Assembly: GCA_039933175.1 (NCBI GenBank)
Contig: JBDTOR010000001.1
Coordinates: 16,420-80,419 of the forward strand
Length of the DNA: 64,000 nucleotides
Reading direction: 5' to 3'
DNA from: Hyphomicrobium sp.
GTDB taxonomy: Bacteria; Pseudomonadota; Alphaproteobacteria; Rhizobiales; Hyphomicrobiaceae
Positions 27,496-35,865 of the stretch are shown piece after piece. The translations under genes and the position numbers were made by a program. How positions within the stretch are numbered: position 1 is the first letter of the stretch; each line of letters opens with the position of its first letter. A model generated the notes under the pieces. It had not been told where the DNA came from, ran no database searches, and saw nothing but the letters and a program-made list of their open reading frames with translations.

Positions 27496-27876
27496 GTGAC
27501 CGACACCGATTTCGATATCAGCATGCTCACGCGTCGCGGCATACCATTGGGCCGCTTCGATGCCGGCGAGCGCATTTTCCTTGAGCACGAGAGCGGCACG
27601 GCGATGTATGTCGTGCGCAGCGGCGCCGTCGACGTCATCACGTTCGGCAACGTTCTCGAGCGCGTCGGCCCAGGCGGCATCTTCGGCGAGATGGCGCTTA
27701 TCGAGGATGCTCCGCGCGCGGCTGCTGCCCTTGCCAGCGAACCGACGGAAGTGCTGGTCATCGACAAACCGATGTTCCTCACGCTGATCGCCGAGGAGCC
27801 GGAGTTCGCGCTGCAGATCATGAAGCTGATGGCCGAGCGCGTACGCCGTAAGCCCGCCGGTCCAGCCGCGCCTTAG
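27496..27876 (+). CDS. Stand-alone cyclic-nucleotide-binding domain protein
   Basis: MYVVRSGAV and GPGGIFGEMALI...PRAA cNMP signature; no HTH. Confidence 0.85.
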   Translation: MTDTDFDISMLTRRGIPLGRFDAGERIFLEHESGTAMYVVRSGAVDVITFGNVLERVGPGGIFGEMALIEDAPRAAAALASEPTEVLVIDKPMFLTLIAEEPEFALQIMKLMAERVRRKPAGPAAP

Positions 27877-27888
27877 CCGCTGCCGGCT

Positions 27889-28155
27889 TTAGGCGCTGCG
27901 TGCGCCGCGGGTGCGCGAGCGGCGGCGAACGGCTTCGCCGGTCGAGAAATGGATCGCCAGCCCGTGCGCCACGATGCCGATGCCCCAGCCGAGCAGCGGC
28001 CAGTAAAACCACAGCTTGTCCGGAGTCAGCAGCAGATTGACGGCTATCAGAATGGCGTTGACCAGCACGAACGAGGAAAAGTGAAAGAAAAAGCCGGTAT
28101 CGCCCAATATCGTGTCGGCGAGATAGTCCTGGGTCTTGGTGATGAACGGCGGCAT
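27889..28155 (-). CDS. 2TM domain protein
   Basis: GFFFHFSSFVLVNAILIAVN and WFYWPLLGWGIGIVAH. Confidence 0.85.
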   Translation of the reverse strand: MPPFITKTQDYLADTILGDTGFFFHFSSFVLVNAILIAVNLLLTPDKLWFYWPLLGWGIGIVAHGLAIHFSTGEAVRRRSRTRGARSA

Positions 28156-28275
28156 GGGGCAATCCTCAATCGGCATCGATCTCGGTTGCAGTCTAACACG
28201 GCCGCCAAAGCGGCGCCTGCGACCCCGCGCCCATAGCAAACGCTTCCCTAGCGCACTGTTACCAATGGTCTATTC

Positions 28276-28845
28276 CTACTGCTCGGGACGTGCATCAACG
28301 CTGTCGGCGTCGATCGAGTAGCCCGCGTCGGCAAGCCCGGTGAAGGCGGTCTCGGTCTTCAGGGTGCCCGTCACCCAGACCGGGTCGAACTGTCCGGCGA
28401 GCTGAATGCCCTTCTCCGACTTCACATAGACGATCTGGTTGGCCGGCGGGGGCGGAACGTGGATGCAGGCGCCGACGAACGGCACCAGCAAGAACTCCTT
28501 GATGGTTGTCGCCTCGAAGTCGAGCGGCACGACGTAGCCGCCGATGCGCACGCGCTTGCCGCTGAACTCCGTCACCACGCGCGGCGGCTTGTCGCCACCC
28601 GGCTGCCGGCGCTTCATCGACATGAAGCCGCCCTCGGCCAGTGGCGGCGGCGGAGCACCATCATCCGCCGAAGACGCGGGCGCCGCACCGGAGAAGAACG
28701 TCTTCGGTTTTGGCTTCACCGCCTCGGCCGGCGGCACGAGCTGGCCCCACTTGAGATCGATCGGCGTATCGACCGCGTACGAGGCGCCGAGTGGCGCCAG
28801 CGCGAGGACCAGAACCAGCACGACACGAGCTAAGGAATTCGTCAT
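28276..28845 (-). CDS. DUF3299 family periplasmic protein (zrg-type operon member)
   Basis: Signal peptide; GYVVPL and FLLVPFVGACIHVPPPPANQIV signature. Confidence 0.9.
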   Translation of the reverse strand: MTNSLARVVLVLVLALAPLGASYAVDTPIDLKWGQLVPPAEAVKPKPKTFFSGAAPASSADDGAPPPPLAEGGFMSMKRRQPGGDKPPRVVTEFSGKRVRIGGYVVPLDFEATTIKEFLLVPFVGACIHVPPPPANQIVYVKSEKGIQLAGQFDPVWVTGTLKTETAFTGLADAGYSIDADSVDARPEQ

Positions 28846-28856
28846 CGATCTCTCCA

Positions 28857-30131
28857 TCAGGTGCGCACGGTCATGCCGTCGGCCAGCGAAAGCCGGTAGG
28901 CCCGCATGGCCGGCAACAACCCGGCGAGGAATCCAGCGGCGACGATCGCCGCGAGCATCAGCCATTCGCGCTGCGTCGGCGCGGCAATGTCGAGATTGAG
29001 GCCATAGGTGGCATCGACCCAGGGCCGCAGCAACGCCAGCGAGACGTAGAGCAGCGTCACGCCGAGCGCGACGCCGGCCAGTGTCAGCAGCCCGGCTTCG
29101 GTGACGAGCAGGCCGAGGATGGTAGACGGCCGCGCGCCAACGGAGCGCAGGATGGCCATCTCGCGCCGCCGCTCGTTCAGTGTCGTCAGGATCATGGTCA
29201 CCATTCCAAGTAGCGCGGTGGCGACGACCATCGCCGACACGACCGACAGCGCCGTCTCAGCCGTGCCGACGAGGCCCCAGAGTTCCTGCAGCGCCGCGCC
29301 CGGCATGATCGCCGACAACGGCTCCTGCGCGTATTGGTTGATGGCCCGTTGCAGCTGGAAGGTGGCAAGCTTCGATTTCAGGCCAACCAGCGCCGCAGTG
29401 ATCGCCGTCGGCTTCAAGTCCATGTGGCGCACCTGCTCGGCAGATACCTCCTCGCCCGGCACCGGCATGCCGCTCTGCCAGTCGACGTGGATAGCCTCGA
29501 TGGCTTCGAGGCTGACATGCACCGTGCGGTCGACCGGCGTCCCGGTCTTGGCGAGGATGCCCGAGACGCGGAACGGCTTGTCGGCGTGCTCGATGAACGA
29601 CACCGAGCCGAGGCCGTGGGCGACGATGATCGGATCGCCGACCTTGTAACCGAGCACTTTTGCTACATCGGCGCCGATCACGGCGTCGAACAGATCCTTG
29701 AACGGGCCGCCGGAAGCGAACGCCAGGCTTTGTCCGTGGCGATACTTGTAGCGCTCGAAGTAGTCAACGGTCGTGCCAAGCACGCGAAAGCCGTGATGGC
29801 TGTCGCCAAGCGATACAGGCACGATCCACGCCACCTCGGGCCGCTTGGCGATGTCCTCATAGCTTTTCCAGGTGACGTTGTTCGTCGCGTTGCCGATGCG
29901 GAAGATCGAATACAGCAGCAGCTGGATGCTGCCGCTGCGGGCCCCGACGATCAGATCGGTGCCGGATATCGTGTTGGCGAAGCTCTCGCGCGCGCCGGTG
30001 CGCACCTTCTCCACGCCGAGCAGCAGCATCACGCTGAACGCGATGGAAAGCACGGTAAGGCAGGCAGTCAGAGCGCGGTTACGCAGCGATTGCAGGGCCA
30101 GACGCGGAATGATGGGGCTGGGCAGCATCAT
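28857..30131 (-). CDS. MacB/FtsX-type ABC transporter permease (ZrgC-like)
   Basis: GTDLIVGARSGSIQLLLYSIF, SLGDSH, ERRREMAILRSVGA, AYRLSLADG. Confidence 0.9.
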   Translation of the reverse strand: MMLPSPIIPRLALQSLRNRALTACLTVLSIAFSVMLLLGVEKVRTGARESFANTISGTDLIVGARSGSIQLLLYSIFRIGNATNNVTWKSYEDIAKRPEVAWIVPVSLGDSHHGFRVLGTTVDYFERYKYRHGQSLAFASGGPFKDLFDAVIGADVAKVLGYKVGDPIIVAHGLGSVSFIEHADKPFRVSGILAKTGTPVDRTVHVSLEAIEAIHVDWQSGMPVPGEEVSAEQVRHMDLKPTAITAALVGLKSKLATFQLQRAINQYAQEPLSAIMPGAALQELWGLVGTAETALSVVSAMVVATALLGMVTMILTTLNERRREMAILRSVGARPSTILGLLVTEAGLLTLAGVALGVTLLYVSLALLRPWVDATYGLNLDIAAPTQREWLMLAAIVAAGFLAGLLPAMRAYRLSLADGMTVRT

Positions 30132-30859
30132 GCTGCATTGCTCCTTTCGGAGACGGCGATCTCGTCCAGCCGCAGCACCCGGTCGAAGCGCGAGCCGAGC
30201 TGCTCCTCGTGGCTGACCATGATGACCGAGGCACCGGCTGCCTCCGCCTCGGCAAAGAGCAGGTCGAGAAAGGCGAGTTGCCGGTCGCGGTCCAACGCCG
30301 AAGTTGGCTCGTCGGCGACGATCAGCTCCGGACCGCCGATCAGCGCCCGCGCGGCGGCGACCCGCTGCTGCTGGCCGACGCTGAGATTCGCCGCCGAGAG
30401 CCCTCCGAGGTCCGCGGCATCGAGCCCCAAGCTCCGCAGCAGCCGTCGCGCTTCGTCCTCGGTCGCGCCGCGGCCCTCGGCCCGGCCGCGGCGACCGCGC
30501 GCAAAACTCAACGGCAGCAGGACATTATCGAGGATGGAGCCGTACGGCAGCAGGTTGAACATCTGGAAAATGATGCCGAAGTGCTCGGCGCGGAACCGGT
30601 CCCGCGCCGCGTTCGACAGCTGCGTCAAGTCGGTGCCGAGCACCTCGAGCTTGCCGGCCGACGGCGGCACGATCCCGCACAGCAAGCTGAGGAACGTCGA
30701 CTTGCCCGTGCCCGAAGGCCCGACCAACAGGACGCGTTGCCGCGCGGGCAACGCGAAGTCCTCGATCGTCAGCGAGAACGATCGCGTGCCCGGCCAGCGG
30801 AAGCGGACGCCCGACATTCGCACGACGGCGGGCGATGCGGGGTCATGCGACTTCTGCAT
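30128..30859 (-). CDS. ABC transporter ATP-binding protein (ZrgB-like)
   Basis: Walker A GPSGTGKST, LSVGQQQRV, IVADEPT, VSH; overlaps the stop or start codon of both neighbours. Confidence 0.92.
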   Translation of the reverse strand: MQKSHDPASPAVVRMSGVRFRWPGTRSFSLTIEDFALPARQRVLLVGPSGTGKSTFLSLLCGIVPPSAGKLEVLGTDLTQLSNAARDRFRAEHFGIIFQMFNLLPYGSILDNVLLPLSFARGRRGRAEGRGATEDEARRLLRSLGLDAADLGGLSAANLSVGQQQRVAAARALIGGPELIVADEPTSALDRDRQLAFLDLLFAEAEAAGASVIMVSHEEQLGSRFDRVLRLDEIAVSERSNAA

Positions 30860-31458
30860 CACATGATCCCGGCGAGGTCGAGAGTCGGCTTGCTGCGGCT
30901 CACCTCGAACTGACTCTGGCCTTTGCCGGTCACGACGCTGACGGTGAGGTCGTGCGCGCCGGCGAACAGGGTGAAGTAGTCGAAGGTGATAGTGGTCAGC
31001 CCGGCGGGATTGGTACAATCGAGCGCATACGTCACGTGGAACTGGTTGTGACCGGCGTGCTCGTCATGGCCGTGCTTGTCCTTGGCATCGTTGTGATCGC
31101 CGTCGTTGTCGTCGTCATCATGATGATGCTCCGCCTCGATGGCGACTTTGGCCTCGGCGACGGTGCAGCCGGCATCCGCAGGCAGCGCGAACACGCCGAG
31201 CGGCTTCTCCAGGTGGGCCTTGGCCTTGTCGACTACCGCCTTTTGATCATCGGTCGTCGCCGCATGCTCGAAGCCGACGATGTCCATGCCGGGCACCTCC
31301 AGCTCCATGGAAACGCGCTTGTCCTCGATCGCGATGTTCAGCGTACCGTGGCCGTGCACGTGCGGGCCGAGCTCGCGGTGCTCTTCCTCGGCACGCGGGG
31401 CGGTCGTCAGCAGGGATATCGCGGCGACGGCGAGCGAAATTGTGAGTTGCTTGCGCAT
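30859..31458 (-). CDS. zrgA: DUF2796 / ZrgA periplasmic zinc-binding protein
   Basis: Signal peptide, HVHG motif, DIVGFEH, His/Asp-rich loop and two Cys; SD GAGGAG at 31466-31471 (minus strand). Confidence 0.85.
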   Translation of the reverse strand: MRKQLTISLAVAAISLLTTAPRAEEEHRELGPHVHGHGTLNIAIEDKRVSMELEVPGMDIVGFEHAATTDDQKAVVDKAKAHLEKPLGVFALPADAGCTVAEAKVAIEAEHHHDDDDNDGDHNDAKDKHGHDEHAGHNQFHVTYALDCTNPAGLTTITFDYFTLFAGAHDLTVSVVTGKGQSQFEVSRSKPTLDLAGIM

Positions 31459-31550
31459 GGTCGTGCTCCTCGATCGGTACCGCTCGCGCGTGCGGCCACG
31501 GGGGCGGCATCGCCGGCGGATGTGGGGGCTGCGGATCGACGGGTGAGGAG

Positions 31551-31982
31551 TTAGGCGACCGGCGGTGCACGTGCCTGGAAGTTGATGATGGCGTGGCCGG
31601 GGGCGGCCGCATCGGCACGTAGCGGGACCAGCGTCGCAAAGCGCGGCGCGTCCAGTGATACGGCCGGGGCCGTCGGCATAACGCCCGTGCCAGCCGCTGC
31701 CACGGACCAGCATATTGGGCAGTCATTGCCGTGATGATGCGGGACGGCCGGCTGGCAACCCAAGTTTACCACGGCGCGACAGCTGACTGCTGTGGCGAGA
31801 TTTTTGGCCCACGCGCGGGCCCCTGCACGGGCGGCAGCGCTCATGCCGCTATAGGCACCGGCCGCCGTGTGCACGTGCATGCCGGTATGCACATGCATTT
31901 GCGCCAAGAAGAGCGCTGCCTGCATCGTCAAAGCGAGCAGTGCAACCAGTCCGGGGCTCGATCGACGGCGAAAGAAGCTCAT
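31551..31982 (-). CDS. DUF2946-family (CruR-like) leader protein with CxxC and C-terminal RAPP motif
   Basis: N-terminal RRR plus hydrophobic segment, HVHTGMHVH, HHHGNDCPICW and C-terminal FQARAPPVA*. Confidence 0.8.
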   Translation of the reverse strand: MSFFRRRSSPGLVALLALTMQAALFLAQMHVHTGMHVHTAAGAYSGMSAAARAGARAWAKNLATAVSCRAVVNLGCQPAVPHHHGNDCPICWSVAAAGTGVMPTAPAVSLDAPRFATLVPLRADAAAPGHAIINFQARAPPVA

Positions 31983-32191
31983 TCCGTCTCCAGGGGCAGA
32001 CGAGACGATACGCCGAAAACTGCGGCGAGCGAAAGACACACCCCACTGCCGCGACGCCACATCCGGGGGCGGATGGTGAACGCCGCCCTTGAAGGCGCCG
32101 TTAGCCAAGCCTGTGTTTCCTGCGTCCCGCGCTTGTTGGGCACCCCTAAGTTTGGCAATCTGCCGTCTGATATTTGCCCCAGGGGATTTGG

Positions 32192-33811
32192 ATGCTCAGG
32201 TCGATTTTAGGCTCGCACGGTTGGCGGCTGGCTGCGGTTCTCGCGCCGGCCTTTCTTTTTGTCGTGCTCGGCGCCGGGATTGCGCTGTCCGGCATGATCT
32301 TCGACCGCGATGAGGTGCGCGAAAGCGTCGTGCGCATCGAGGTCGAGCTTACTCAAGGGGGCGCCCGCCAAGGCACCGGCTTCATCATCAACGACAAGCG
32401 GGTCATCGCGACCAACAACCACGTCATCGAGGGCGCCAAGGCGATCTACGTGACGTTCCTTGCCAATGGCAAGCCGACGGCGATCCCGGCTCGTCTGATC
32501 GCCACAGATCCCGTCGGCGACATGGCGCTGATCGAGACGATCATCGACATCTATGGCGAACCGGTGGTGCTGGCGGACTACGACACCAGCCCCCCTGCAA
32601 AAGTAACCGCGATCGGCTACCCCGTGGCGGCCGACTTCGTCGCCGACAACAACTACCTGCCCGCCATCGCCTTCGAGCCGTCCTATACGGTCGGCACCGT
32701 CGCGCGCACCCTGTCGAATACCAAGTATCTCGGCGGCGAGCGGCTGATCCAGCACACAGCGGCGATCAATCCCGGCAACAGCGGCGGCCCGCTGTTCGAC
32801 GACTGCGGCCGTGTCATCGGCATCAACACGCTGCGCACGGTGGCCAAGGAATCTGACTATGCGCAGGGCATTTTCTTCGCGGTCGACATTCGCGAGCTGC
32901 ATAAGCTGCTCGACGACAACGTCATCAAGGCGACCTCCGTCAGCAAGCCCTGCACTCCCGGCATGGAAACCAAAGAAGACCTGCCTCCGGCCAATACCAA
33001 GGAAGCCGAGGCCGTGATGTTCGATCGCTTCGCGGCATGCGTGAAATCGCGCCCGTGCGACCGGAACATCTGCAAGAGCCGCTATACCAATCGCGTCGCG
33101 ACCGAGATGGTGACTTCACGGCAGGGCGACGTCGACGTGCGGATGACACTGGCGGAGCCGAACTGCGAAGGCCAAAAGGTATCCGAGGCCGTTAGCGAGT
33201 TTCAGCGCTGCAATAGCCAACAGCCGTGTGAGTTCGAGAAAAGCTGCGGACCGAAACTCGAGGAGGCGCTCTCCGCCGACAACATGAAGGACCGGCGTTC
33301 GATGTTTGACCGAGCCCGCACCCAGGCCGTAGCGGATTGCAAAGCGGCATCGGCGCCAGGTGTTTGGCGCGGTGCCGAGACCGATAAGGGCATTTGGACA
33401 GCTGTGGTCTCCAACGAGAGAGGGGCATCGCTGGTGGTCTCATGCGATGTCGCCGGGCAGACTCCCGGCGCCGGCGTGATCCTGCTCGGCGCGGTCGCCG
33501 GTAAGCGCGATCGTTGGACCGGAACCCGTGCCGTACAGATGACGATCGATTCCTTCTCCGAGCCGCTACGCCTCGACCTCAAGACGCAGGACGCCGATCT
33601 GCAGGCGGGTGTGAAACACGTGGAATCGTCGGACACGCGCGGGTGGCTGAAGGAGTTGGTCGGAAAATTCAGCGTCGGCAGCGTCGTTACCTTCGAGGAG
33701 CCGAAAGTCTCGCTCGACGAGACGTTCTCCCTGTCGGGAGCGCAGGAGATGCTGGCGCCGTGCCTAAAGGCGAAGTTCGTCGAAGAGCAGCAGCAACAAC
33801 AGCAACAGTAG
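32192..33811 (+). CDS. Exported or membrane-anchored trypsin-like (S1) serine protease with Cys-rich repeats and an uncharacterised C-terminal domain
   Basis: GTGF, TNNHV, GDMAL, INPGNSGGPL catalytic triad; N-terminal hydrophobic segment; no PDZ domain recognised; ends in Q7. Confidence 0.85.
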   Translation: MLRSILGSHGWRLAAVLAPAFLFVVLGAGIALSGMIFDRDEVRESVVRIEVELTQGGARQGTGFIINDKRVIATNNHVIEGAKAIYVTFLANGKPTAIPARLIATDPVGDMALIETIIDIYGEPVVLADYDTSPPAKVTAIGYPVAADFVADNNYLPAIAFEPSYTVGTVARTLSNTKYLGGERLIQHTAAINPGNSGGPLFDDCGRVIGINTLRTVAKESDYAQGIFFAVDIRELHKLLDDNVIKATSVSKPCTPGMETKEDLPPANTKEAEAVMFDRFAACVKSRPCDRNICKSRYTNRVATEMVTSRQGDVDVRMTLAEPNCEGQKVSEAVSEFQRCNSQQPCEFEKSCGPKLEEALSADNMKDRRSMFDRARTQAVADCKAASAPGVWRGAETDKGIWTAVVSNERGASLVVSCDVAGQTPGAGVILLGAVAGKRDRWTGTRAVQMTIDSFSEPLRLDLKTQDADLQAGVKHVESSDTRGWLKELVGKFSVGSVVTFEEPKVSLDETFSLSGAQEMLAPCLKAKFVEEQQQQQQQ

Positions 33812-33848
33812 GTTGCGGAAATTCGGCGGAGCGGCAGCTGAGCCGATG

Positions 33849-34337
33849 CTAGCGCTTCTTGCGGGCGCCCTGGCGTTTCAACTCGCCGGTCGATGAGTAG
33901 TCCTGTCCGTTGTAGTTCGCGGACCACTCATACTTCATTGTGTCACCTTCGACAGAAAGCCGAAGCAGGCCGTTGAGGCAGCCGTCGGTCTTTTCGTCGG
34001 TCCCGCCATAGGTGATTGCCTCCTGATACTCGTAGGTATCCCCCTTGCGATCGCCGACCAGCATGCCGCCGCAGGGCGGTTCTCCCGGGTAGCGGCTGAC
34101 GCCGCCTTTGGGTGAAACGAACGTTAGCCGGACGGTGAAAGGATCGGCATCGCCCTGTGCAGCCTGCCCTGACCACAGGCCGACGATGGCGTCTTGCAAG
34201 CTGCCGGCAACATCGCCCGCAACGTCCTCCTGCGCGCGACAGCCGTCGGCCACAGCAAACATGGCCAACACGCCCATAGCAGCGGCCACCAGGCCACCTC
34301 GCCGCATCCAGCTTTCGATCCGTCCGGGCCCGCTCAC
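33849..34337 (-). CDS. Secreted small beta-rich protein, paralog 1
   Basis: Signal-like segment, GLWSG, VSPKGGVSRYPG..CGG.L.GDRKGD; clearly similar to the 34356-34778 ORF. Start 34337 or 34307. Confidence 0.7.
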   Translation of the reverse strand: MSGPGRIESWMRRGGLVAAAMGVLAMFAVADGCRAQEDVAGDVAGSLQDAIVGLWSGQAAQGDADPFTVRLTFVSPKGGVSRYPGEPPCGGMLVGDRKGDTYEYQEAITYGGTDEKTDGCLNGLLRLSVEGDTMKYEWSANYNGQDYSSTGELKRQGARKKR

Positions 34338-34355
34338 GTCACCGTCGCCTTTGCC

Positions 34356-34778
34356 TCAACGCTTCTTGCCGACGCGGTGCAGTTCACCCGCCGCAGCATG
34401 ATCCGCGCCGTTGAAGGTGCCGGACCAGTCGTACGTCATCTTGTCTCCGTCGACCGAAATCTTCACGAGCCCCCCGATGCAGCCGCCGTCCTTCTCGTCC
34501 ACACCGCCCCAGGTGATCACCTCATTGAATTCGTAGTCGTCGCCCTTGCGATCACCCGAAAGGGTTCCGCCGCACGGAAAGCCGGGGTAGCGGCTCACGC
34601 CGCCCTTGGGCGATACGAGGGTCAGCCGCGTCTCGAATTTAGTTTCGCCTTGCGAGACTTCCCCGACCCAAGTGCCGACGATGGCGTCGCTGAGCGTTCC
34701 AGCCACGTCTTGGGCATGGGCGCCGATGGGCGCGGCGAGGACACAGGCAAGACAGGCTATGCGAACGCTGCGTGACAT
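34356..34778 (-). CDS. Secreted small beta-rich protein, paralog 2
   Basis: Signal peptide (AHA-Q), GTWVG, VSPKGGVSRYPGFPCGGTLSGDRKGD, second conserved Cys, C-terminal KKR. Confidence 0.7.
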   Translation of the reverse strand: MSRSVRIACLACVLAAPIGAHAQDVAGTLSDAIVGTWVGEVSQGETKFETRLTLVSPKGGVSRYPGFPCGGTLSGDRKGDDYEFNEVITWGGVDEKDGGCIGGLVKISVDGDKMTYDWSGTFNGADHAAAGELHRVGKKR

Positions 34779-34966
34779 GCTCTGCACCGAAATGACTGCC
34801 AATCGAATTCCCAATTCTTATCTGCGGACCGTCGCTGAGAAAAGGCGCCAAGGCGTTCGAGGTGAAGAATATCGACTGTCGCCGGAGCGGGGTGCTGGCC
34901 GGAACGCGCCGGCGCATGCCAAGATGGGACCAACAACCACGCAAAAATAGGGGAGAGATCCGACCC

Positions 34967-35626
34967 ATGAGCCGGCTATACGAGGACCAGCACCGCGTCC
35001 TGCAGGACCGCTTTCAGTCCCGGCCGATGGCCGACCGCATCGAGCAGATCGCCCTCAAGACCGAGATCGGCCCCGAGGAACAAGCTTTCATAGAGAGCCG
35101 CGACTTCTTCTTCCTGACCACCGTCGACAGCCAGAGCCGGCCGACCGTCTCCTACAAGGGCGGCGCCCCCGGCTTCATGCGCGTCGTCGACCAGACGCAC
35201 CTCATGTTCCCGAGCTACGACGGCAACGGCATGTACCTGTCGATGGGCAACATCACCGCCAACCCGCATGTCGGCTTCCTGTTCATCGACTTCGAGCGCC
35301 CGTTCCGGCTGCGCGTGCAGGGCGAGGCGGAAGTGTCCAGCGCGCCCGAGCATCTCGCCTGCTTCAAGGAGGCGGAACTCGTGGTGCGCGTGAAGATCAC
35401 CGAGCTTTGGATGAACTGCCCGCGCTACATCCACCGCTATCAGAAGCTGAAGACCTCGCGCTACGTACCGCAGGCCGACATCGAGACGCCGCTGTGCGAG
35501 TGGAAGCGCACCGAGCCGGTGCAGGACGTGCTGCGTCCGCACGAGCTGGCGCAGGTGGCCAAGGCCGGCACCATCCCCATCGAGGAGTGGATCGGCCGCG
35601 TCGTCACCGGCGACGACAACGTCTAG
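34967..35626 (+). CDS. Pyridoxamine 5'-phosphate oxidase-like FMN-binding protein
   Basis: FFLTT, SYKGGAPGF, YDGNGMYLSMGN, FIDFERPFRLRVQG, NCPRYIH. Confidence 0.85.
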   Translation: MSRLYEDQHRVLQDRFQSRPMADRIEQIALKTEIGPEEQAFIESRDFFFLTTVDSQSRPTVSYKGGAPGFMRVVDQTHLMFPSYDGNGMYLSMGNITANPHVGFLFIDFERPFRLRVQGEAEVSSAPEHLACFKEAELVVRVKITELWMNCPRYIHRYQKLKTSRYVPQADIETPLCEWKRTEPVQDVLRPHELAQVAKAGTIPIEEWIGRVVTGDDNV

Positions 35627-35634
35627 AAACGACA

Positions 35635-35682
35635 GCGCCGCCGGAGCGGTCCCCGGCGGCGTGCCCGCCTCTTTGCGAGGCG
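35635..35682 (+). terminator. Tandem GC-rich hairpins after the PNPOx-like gene (possible terminator or stabiliser)
   Basis: CGCCGCCGG..CCGGCGGCG and CCGCCTC..GAGGCGG; no clear U-tract. Confidence 0.3.
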
Positions 35683-35865
35683 GCTCCTTGCGCGTTATGG
35701 CGGTATGAGCCTGCTGACTTAGCTAACTTTTCAGCCGGCAGGCCGATCATTCGACCGCCCGAATTTGGACCCTGTGCCGCACACGGACAACCGCAGCTTC
35801 TGCGTGACTGGCGCGTTGGCTATGCACCGAGCGCCGGGCTCGCAAGGTGAAGGATTGACTACGGA

